Source of the DNA: an uncultured virus (IMG/VR IMGVR_UViG_3300014208_000040)
Taxonomy: Duplodnaviria; Heunggongvirae; Uroviricota; Caudoviricetes
DNA: 20,000 bases
Strand: one strand, 5' to 3'
IMG/VR virus record: IMGVR_UViG_3300014208_000040
Positions within the stretch are counted from its first letter, which is position 1. Each line of letters begins with the position of its first letter. A program made the position numbers and the translations under genes. The notes under the pieces are model-generated. The model worked only from the letters and a program-made list of their open reading frames with translations. It made no database searches and was not told the DNA's origin. This document shows positions 15,140 through 20,000 of the stretch, in pieces.

Positions 15140-15931
15140 ATGAATAAAAAAAGTAACCTCATTCTTCACTGCGGAGCACGTTCCATCAATCGTAATGAAC
15201 TCGACGCCATTCCGACGCCATTACCAACCGAAACTTGGAACCCCGTTCCTTACAGTCGGCTTGTCGGAGAGGTTGAACGGTCTTTGGGCCAGTCAAACCT
15301 TCGTATCGTCAATCAGGCCTATGGCGTGACGCCCGAGAATGCTCGGATGTTCGGGCTTCTCCACGTCGCCAACGGCACCAATCCCGAGGATTACGCCGTG
15401 GTGGTTGGCATTCGTGGTTCAATTGACAAGTCACTTTCCGAAGGCATTTCGGTTGGTTCTTCGGTCTTCGTCTGTGACAACCTCGCCTTCTCGGCGGAAA
15501 TTGTGATTCATCGAAAAAACACCATCAATGTGATGCGTGACTTGCCGATTCTGATTGACACGGCGATGGGCAAGCTGCTCACCCGTTGGAACGATCAAGG
15601 CACCCGAATTGATGCCTACAAGGCCAAACAAATTGACGAGGAAGATGCCCTGCGTCTGACGTGGCGTGGTTACAAAGCCGGCGTGTTTCCGTGGGCCAAG
15701 GGTGCCGACATCCTCAGTGAATTTCAGAAACCCCGACATCCGGAATTCCTCGCCAACGGGCACACGGTCTGGACGTTGTTCAATGCCGTCACCGAGGCAT
15801 TGAAACCCCGTGAAGGTTCGAAGGCTTCTGGGCTCTGGACGATGCCCGCCAGAACAGGCCGGCTTCACAAGATTTGTGATGACTGGGTTGGGTTGAACCT
15901 CGCACCGACCGCCGAAACGGCTCTGAACTGA
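15140..15931 (+). CDS. DUF932 family protein
   Basis: LILHCGA...PTPLPTETWNPVPY...G.SVFVCDNLAF...TVWTLFNAVTEALK. Confidence 0.8.
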   Translation: MNKKSNLILHCGARSINRNELDAIPTPLPTETWNPVPYSRLVGEVERSLGQSNLRIVNQAYGVTPENARMFGLLHVANGTNPEDYAVVVGIRGSIDKSLSEGISVGSSVFVCDNLAFSAEIVIHRKNTINVMRDLPILIDTAMGKLLTRWNDQGTRIDAYKAKQIDEEDALRLTWRGYKAGVFPWAKGADILSEFQKPRHPEFLANGHTVWTLFNAVTEALKPREGSKASGLWTMPARTGRLHKICDDWVGLNLAPTAETALN

Positions 15932-15942
15932 TTCCACGGAAC

Positions 15943-15978
15943 ACCGGCGTTCATGGAAATGGGTGCCGGTTTTCATTT
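15943..15978 (+). terminator. intrinsic terminator
   Basis: ACCGGCGTTCAT-GGAA-ATGGGTGCCGGT followed by TTTCATTT. Confidence 0.7.
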
Positions 15979-16004
15979 GACAAAATCATTAACTGTGTTA
16001 GGAT
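15977..16004 (+). promoter_or_regulatory. sigma70-type promoter, class B (leaderless)
   Basis: TTGACA-16-TAGGAT, 6 nt to ATG 16011. Confidence 0.8.
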
Positions 16005-16010
16005 TCTGAT

Positions 16011-16355
16011 ATGACAAATTTCAAATATCGCACATGGGAACAAGTAAGACGTTTGGGTGCTTGGTTGGCTCGCATTGGTGCTCATTACGCCTATCAATCT
16101 CGTTATTACCCTACGGAACTGTTGCGGGCGAATGATGTTATTTCAGTCATCGTTTGGGATGATAACACCCATAAAACCGGATTGATGGCTGACCATTCGT
16201 TTGCCACGAGTCATTTGCGAGTCGTTGACATTCAGTGGCCCAAAGTGACATTTGAATTTGTTCCTCAGACACCGGGTCACAGTTCTTGGTTGACAGGCAT
16301 TCAAATTCACGATGATGTGACGCGGATGCGTATAAGTCTCGTTTCTCATTCGTAA
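16011..16355 (+). CDS. hypothetical protein (114 aa)
   Basis: Bounded by promoters on both sides. Confidence 0.75.
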   Translation: MTNFKYRTWEQVRRLGAWLARIGAHYAYQSRYYPTELLRANDVISVIVWDDNTHKTGLMADHSFATSHLRVVDIQWPKVTFEFVPQTPGHSSWLTGIQIHDDVTRMRISLVSHS

Positions 16356-16361
16356 TTTCAT

Positions 16362-16389
16362 TTGACAAAACAAACATCTGTGTTACCTT
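16362..16389 (+). promoter_or_regulatory. sigma70-type promoter, class B
   Basis: TTGACA-16-TACCTT with TGT; ATG 16399. Confidence 0.7.
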
Positions 16390-16398
16390 GACAATACT

Positions 16399-16866
16399 AT
16401 GGGCTATACAACTGATTTCGATGGCCGGTTCAAACTGAATCGGAAACTTAACAAGAAAGACCACAAATTTCTTACCAAATTAGCCGAAACGCGTCGGGTG
16501 GTTCGCAAAGTTGACGCCAAGTATGGTGTTGACGGCGAGTTTTACGTTGACGGCGAAGGAGATTTCGGTCAAGCTCACGATTCAACAATTTTGGATTACA
16601 ATAAACCGCCACGCACTCAGCCAGGTCTTTGGTGTCAATGGGTGCCATCGGAAGGTGGTCAATTCATTCAATGGGATGGTGGCGAAAAGTTTTATAATTA
16701 CGTGGAATGGCTCAAGTATTTGATTGTCAAGGTTTTGGCGCCTCGGAATTATATTCTCAACGGTGAAGTGACGTGGACAGGGGAAGATCGTGGAGACGTG
16801 GGCAAGATTATAGTTGTCAATAACATGGTAACAACCAAACAAGGCCGACTCAGTTTCGAGGATTAA
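16399..16866 (+). CDS. conserved-looking phage hypothetical protein (155 aa)
   Basis: MGYTTDFDG...QPGLWCQW...WDGGEKFYNYVEWLKYLI...LNGEVTWTGED. Confidence 0.85.
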   Translation: MGYTTDFDGRFKLNRKLNKKDHKFLTKLAETRRVVRKVDAKYGVDGEFYVDGEGDFGQAHDSTILDYNKPPRTQPGLWCQWVPSEGGQFIQWDGGEKFYNYVEWLKYLIVKVLAPRNYILNGEVTWTGEDRGDVGKIIVVNNMVTTKQGRLSFED

Positions 16867-16872
16867 AATAGT

Positions 16873-16900
16873 TTGACAAAACAATTAACTGTGTTAGAAT
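16873..16900 (+). promoter_or_regulatory. sigma70-type promoter, class B (leaderless)
   Basis: TTGACA-16-TAGAAT, 6 nt to ATG 16907. Confidence 0.8.
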
Positions 16901-16906
16901 AACAAT

Positions 16907-17458
16907 ATGCCAAATCATTGTAGTAACTTGGTGAATGTGACGGGGCCGAGATTGCTCGTTGCTCATTTTCTTAAAAAGGCCAAAGGGGAGAAACAACCTC
17001 TATCGTTTCAATCTCTTGTTCCGATGCCAGAAGATTTGAAGGACACAAACGGAATGGGTGACGAAACCACGCCGGAAGCCTTGGCCTTGATTGTCAAATA
17101 TGGGGCCGCTGATTGGTATGGTTGGAACATAGCCAATTGGTCAACCAAGTGGGATTGTTACGAAACTGGCCATGAATGGAACATGGGATACGCAACCGGA
17201 AACAAGCCTGTCACGGCGGATTTACAGTATCAAACGGCATGGTGTCCAGCGTCAAAGTTCTGGCAAGCCGTCTCGAAACTGTTTCCTAATCTGGAATTTA
17301 CACACTTCTTCTCTGAACCCGGAATGTGTTTCGTAGGTTTTGAAAAGTATTGCAAGGGTGAATTGGTAGCTAAAGCTGATTACGAATGGGATTCCGACGC
17401 CGGCAAAAGCCTCCGGTCTGATTTCGGTCACTCAGACGAAGACTTGAGTGGTGAATGA
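16907..17458 (+). CDS. DUF1281 / YubB ferredoxin-like fold protein
   Basis: MPNHCSN...WYGWNIANWSTKWD...YQTAWCP...FSEPGMCFVG. Confidence 0.8.
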   Translation: MPNHCSNLVNVTGPRLLVAHFLKKAKGEKQPLSFQSLVPMPEDLKDTNGMGDETTPEALALIVKYGAADWYGWNIANWSTKWDCYETGHEWNMGYATGNKPVTADLQYQTAWCPASKFWQAVSKLFPNLEFTHFFSEPGMCFVGFEKYCKGELVAKADYEWDSDAGKSLRSDFGHSDEDLSGE

Positions 17459-17461
17459 TTT

Positions 17462-17674
17462 ATGAAAACCAAAAGCACAAAACGTCGGAACTCTGTTCAT
17501 CCGACAACTCTCAAGGAACGACAGACACGATTCAACGAAGCCTGTGAAGGGCTGTATCGAACTAATGAAGGTCTTGGTAGTCGTAAACGTCAACTGCGTC
17601 GGTTGAAGGCTGAGAATCCGAAGGGTTCCAAGGCTCTTCGGCTCGACAAGGAAACCGATTCGAAGGGGTGCTAA
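17462..17674 (+). CDS. small basic protein (70 aa)
   Basis: 3 nt after the upstream stop; K/R rich. Confidence 0.65.
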   Translation: MKTKSTKRRNSVHPTTLKERQTRFNEACEGLYRTNEGLGSRKRQLRRLKAENPKGSKALRLDKETDSKGC

Positions 17675-17845
17675 CTACCCGGAAATGAGTGGTGTGGGCA
17701 GTCATCAGACTCCGCCGGACGGGCCGAAAGGCCCGTTCGTTATGTCCATAAATATCGTTAAAGAAATTAGTGCAGCCTCCGGTCCCCTATCCTCGGGCTC
17801 TCATACCCTGTTGGAATAAGATAACATACAAATAAAAAAAGTCAA
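17672..17845 (-). ncRNA. candidate small RNA 2 with its promoter
   Basis: TTGACT(17845-17840)-16-TATCTT(17823-17818); hairpin GGGT-ATGAGA-GCCC, then a motif shared with 13510-13534; further hairpins downstream. Confidence 0.4.
17719..17743 (+). terminator. GC hairpin, probable terminator between convergent units
   Basis: ACGGGCC-GAAA-GGCCCGT followed by TCGTTAT. Confidence 0.55.
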
Positions 17846-18057
17846 GAGAAATAATACACTTGGATGAATATTTTTACATTTTTGATTGGGTTAATGCCCA
17901 AGTCAGTCATGCGTTTGATGGCTTTGGGCAAGGTAAGTTCCTTGACTACGTGGATGTTACCGTAATCTGAATCATGTAGAGAATCGTAATAGTAATGACC
18001 GTGGAGGTCATCATTATCAACGATGAACGTAACTGTTTTGAGATGAACGTCTTTCAT
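17842..18057 (-). CDS. hypothetical protein (71 aa)
   Basis: Third gene of a minus-strand operon. Confidence 0.65.
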   Translation of the reverse strand: MKDVHLKTVTFIVDNDDLHGHYYYDSLHDSDYGNIHVVKELTLPKAIKRMTDLGINPIKNVKIFIQVYYFS

Positions 18058-18063
18058 AAAATG

Positions 18064-18273
18064 TCAAGAGATATTTGTTATATCCCACAAATTGGTTCTG
18101 GCTCGATTAACATAGTTTTCGTAAATGGCAATCCGAAATCTCAACGAATCTTTTTTTGACTGTTTACGAGCACGACTCAATTTGTCCTTTAACTCATTAA
18201 AGTAACGCAGGCAACGGTCATAATTGAATTGTGCCTGTTCTTGAGACACTAGAAGTGTTGGCTGTGAAATCAT
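18064..18273 (-). CDS. hypothetical protein (69 aa)
   Basis: Operonic. Confidence 0.65.
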   Translation of the reverse strand: MISQPTLLVSQEQAQFNYDRCLRYFNELKDKLSRARKQSKKDSLRFRIAIYENYVNRARTNLWDITNIS

Positions 18274-18290
18274 TTCAACATTGTGAATGA

Positions 18291-18497
18291 TTATACGTGA
18301 GCCTTGAAACGGGCGGTGACGATTTCGAATGCTTCTTTCTCATTTTTTCCATGCCCCATTACTTCTTGCGCACTACATAAGTTGTTGCGACAGAACACCA
18401 TTACGCCGTAATTTGGATCCAGAGGATGGATTTGTTCTCCGAATTCAGAGTGTAGAATCCCTTGACAAACAGGACATTTATACGATGTTTCTTTCAT
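18291..18497 (-). CDS. Zn-ribbon small protein (68 aa)
   Basis: CPVC...CRNNLC; leaderless start. Confidence 0.75.
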   Translation of the reverse strand: MKETSYKCPVCQGILHSEFGEQIHPLDPNYGVMVFCRNNLCSAQEVMGHGKNEKEAFEIVTARFKAHV

Positions 18498-18504
18498 AGA
18501 TAAT

Positions 18505-18532
18505 ACGTTATCACAATAAAAGTTGTTGTCAA
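18505..18532 (-). promoter_or_regulatory. sigma70-type promoter, class B (leaderless)
   Basis: TTGACA(18532-18527)-16-TAACGT(18510-18505), 7 nt to ATG 18497. Confidence 0.65.
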
Positions 18533-18678
18533 CTAAGTATTTAGAAAATTTTTCAATTAAACATTTGACATTTCAAATACAATGTGGAATACTATTCATG
18601 TTGAAAGTATTCGTTGTCACTGAGTAGGTGACGAAGAATTGAAAGATGGTTCACAATTAACGAAAGATCAAATCAGTT

Positions 18679-19149
18679 ATGAAAAACAAGTCTAAGAGAG
18701 AAATACGTGGACAAGTTGGCGCCCCTCAAAAGGTGGTTAAGATTCCAAACCGTCCATTTACGATGGAGGCAGCTATCAAGTTGAACAAGTGTAACGACGG
18801 CGGGCCGTGTGAATTGACCGTGCGGAAACGCATCTCCGCCGCTTTGGTGGGTTTTTACATCTCCAATGGTAAGAAGGTGACGGTGCCCAAGACCCTCACT
18901 AAAGGCGAACCCGTTCCCCAACCGAATGGTAAGGTTGGGCGCCCGAAGTTTCGTTTCGTGCCTCTTAACGTGGTTCCCGCTGCTGGAAAGCCGGTCAAAT
19001 CCGCAACCCCCAAGACGGTTAAAGTGGTCACGGTTTCCCCCAAAGTTTCCGAACCTACACCGGCTATTGTCACCAATACAACTACCCCTGTTACTACTAC
19101 GTCAGTCGGAGTGCCCGCATCTGTGGTTACTCCGGCTCCATTGCCGTAA
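18679..19149 (+). CDS. basic, Pro/Thr/Val-tailed protein, putative DNA-binding
   Basis: K/R-rich N-domain with a GRPK motif; low-complexity C-tail; own terminator. Confidence 0.75.
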   Translation: MKNKSKREIRGQVGAPQKVVKIPNRPFTMEAAIKLNKCNDGGPCELTVRKRISAALVGFYISNGKKVTVPKTLTKGEPVPQPNGKVGRPKFRFVPLNVVPAAGKPVKSATPKTVKVVTVSPKVSEPTPAIVTNTTTPVTTTSVGVPASVVTPAPLP

Positions 19150-19164
19150 TCCGAAACAAACGTC

Positions 19165-19204
19165 AGAAAGCCTGGCATGAAAATGTCCAGGCTTTCTTCT
19201 TTTT
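19165..19204 (+). terminator. intrinsic terminator
   Basis: AGAAAGCCTGG-CAT-GAAA-ATG-T-CCAGGCTTTCT followed by TCTTTTT. Confidence 0.8.
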
Positions 19205-19209
19205 ATCCC

Positions 19210-19237
19210 TTGACAATACTGAAAAGTATGTTACCTT
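19210..19237 (+). promoter_or_regulatory. sigma70-type promoter, class B
   Basis: TTGACA-16-TACCTT with TGT; ATG 19246. Confidence 0.7.
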
Positions 19238-19245
19238 GACACAAT

Positions 19246-19470
19246 ATGAAAAAGATGCCGCCAAAAGTCCTGTTGGATGCTTTGAACAACAACAAGAAGA
19301 ACATTTTCGTTTGGGTTCCGGTCAAGGTTGATGAGCGCCGTCCCATCCGTGTTACCTATCCTGAAGCGATGGATTGGGTTATCAACGTCGCCAAGGAACA
19401 TGATGGAGTTGTTCCCTACTTAATCGGCACCAATGAAGTGTTTCTTGGTTCGGTGTCCAACTTTTTATGA
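19246..19470 (+). CDS. hypothetical protein (74 aa)
   Basis: Follows a promoter. Confidence 0.7.
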   Translation: MKKMPPKVLLDALNNNKKNIFVWVPVKVDERRPIRVTYPEAMDWVINVAKEHDGVVPYLIGTNEVFLGSVSNFL

Positions 19471-19637
19471 AAACACAAATCAAACAACTAATCAAAGAGT
19501 TCAAATCCGACATTCGTGCCTATAAACGGAAAGAATGTATTGCCAAAAAGAATTATGATTATGAAGAAGCATCCTATTGTCGTTGCATGTGGCAGACGCT
19601 GGATTACGTCATCCAGCGATTGCAACCTCTATCTTAA
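19467..19637 (+). CDS. hypothetical protein (56 aa, not in ORF track)
   Basis: ATGA-coupled; MKTQIKQLIKEFKSDIRAYKRKEC...LQPLS. Confidence 0.65.
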   Translation: MKTQIKQLIKEFKSDIRAYKRKECIAKKNYDYEEASYCRCMWQTLDYVIQRLQPLS

Positions 19638-19648
19638 ATTTGCGAAAT

Positions 19649-19930
19649 ATGACTCTCTGTGAAAAGCCAGTCAAACGCCGTGTGCGGTGTGCTTCGTCAA
19701 TGATTCGTGGCGGTGAACTGATTCACATTTTGTATCCATCCGGTGAAATTGGGTTACGTGAACCGGGTCGCCGGACGGAGTTCAAACTTGGTCTTGCCGA
19801 TGCGTGGCGTGTCGCCATAGACATTACGAACAGCAAGTTCAAGAAACGGGTTGCCGAATTAAAGAAGACGGTCAGCCTGAAAGACGCCCGTAAACAAGCC
19901 CGAAAAGAACTCGGTCTAAAGAAAAGATAA
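19649..19930 (+). CDS. basic hypothetical protein (93 aa)
   Basis: ATG 19649 avoids overlap with the preceding ORF; GEIGLREPGRR. Confidence 0.75.
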   Translation: MTLCEKPVKRRVRCASSMIRGGELIHILYPSGEIGLREPGRRTEFKLGLADAWRVAIDITNSKFKKRVAELKKTVSLKDARKQARKELGLKKR

Positions 19931-19934
19931 ACTT

Positions 19935-20000
19935 ATGTTCAATTCAAATATTACCGCCAAGTATCTCAACAATCCCCAAAACTGCCCGTTTTGTGATTCA
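19935..20000 (+). CDS. 3'-truncated ORF with CPFC motif
   Basis: MFNSNITAKYLNNPQNCPFCDS runs off the window. Confidence 0.55.
   Translation, partial: MFNSNITAKYLNNPQNCPFCDS

Noticed and set aside
17672..17740. Hammerhead ribozyme (CUGAUGA on the minus strand)
   Set aside because: No correctly placed GAAA after stem II and no stem I/III pairing found.
2610..19178. Long antisense or alternative-frame ORFs (e.g. 2610-3143, 4566-4868, 14474-14851, 15431-15976, 18855-19178)
   Set aside because: Shadows of better-supported genes on the opposite strand; no motifs or promoters.
1..20000. Stop-codon recoding (TAG or TGA reassigned)
   Set aside because: Genes are intact and tightly packed under the standard code, and TGA, TAA and TAG all appear as plausible terminators.

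Overview
Gene-dense, AT-rich window that looks like the accessory/early region of a large dsDNA phage. Evidence: about 45 mostly short hypothetical ORFs, DUF932-, DUF1281-, DUF551- and PC4-like genes, a dual-specificity phosphatase, and many sigma70-type promoters directly abutting start codons. No structural or replication genes are present, so phage origin is an inference. The main system is at 701-5459. Five small genes whose products share the N-terminal motif MKxRxGFVSNSSSxSF lie upstream of a radical SAM/SPASM-type gene. That gene is fractured inside its CxxxCxxC motif by a naturally split intein, with a free-standing HNH endonuclease between the halves, so the enzyme could only be assembled by protein trans-splicing. 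Also notable: a 1.6-kb non-coding, origin-like region (12168-13777) with two repeat arrays, inverted repeats and promoters that lead to no ORF; a pair of related promoter-driven candidate small RNAs (about 13.5 kb and 17.8 kb); and two positionally segregated promoter classes. Family assignments come from motif recognition by eye, not database searches.
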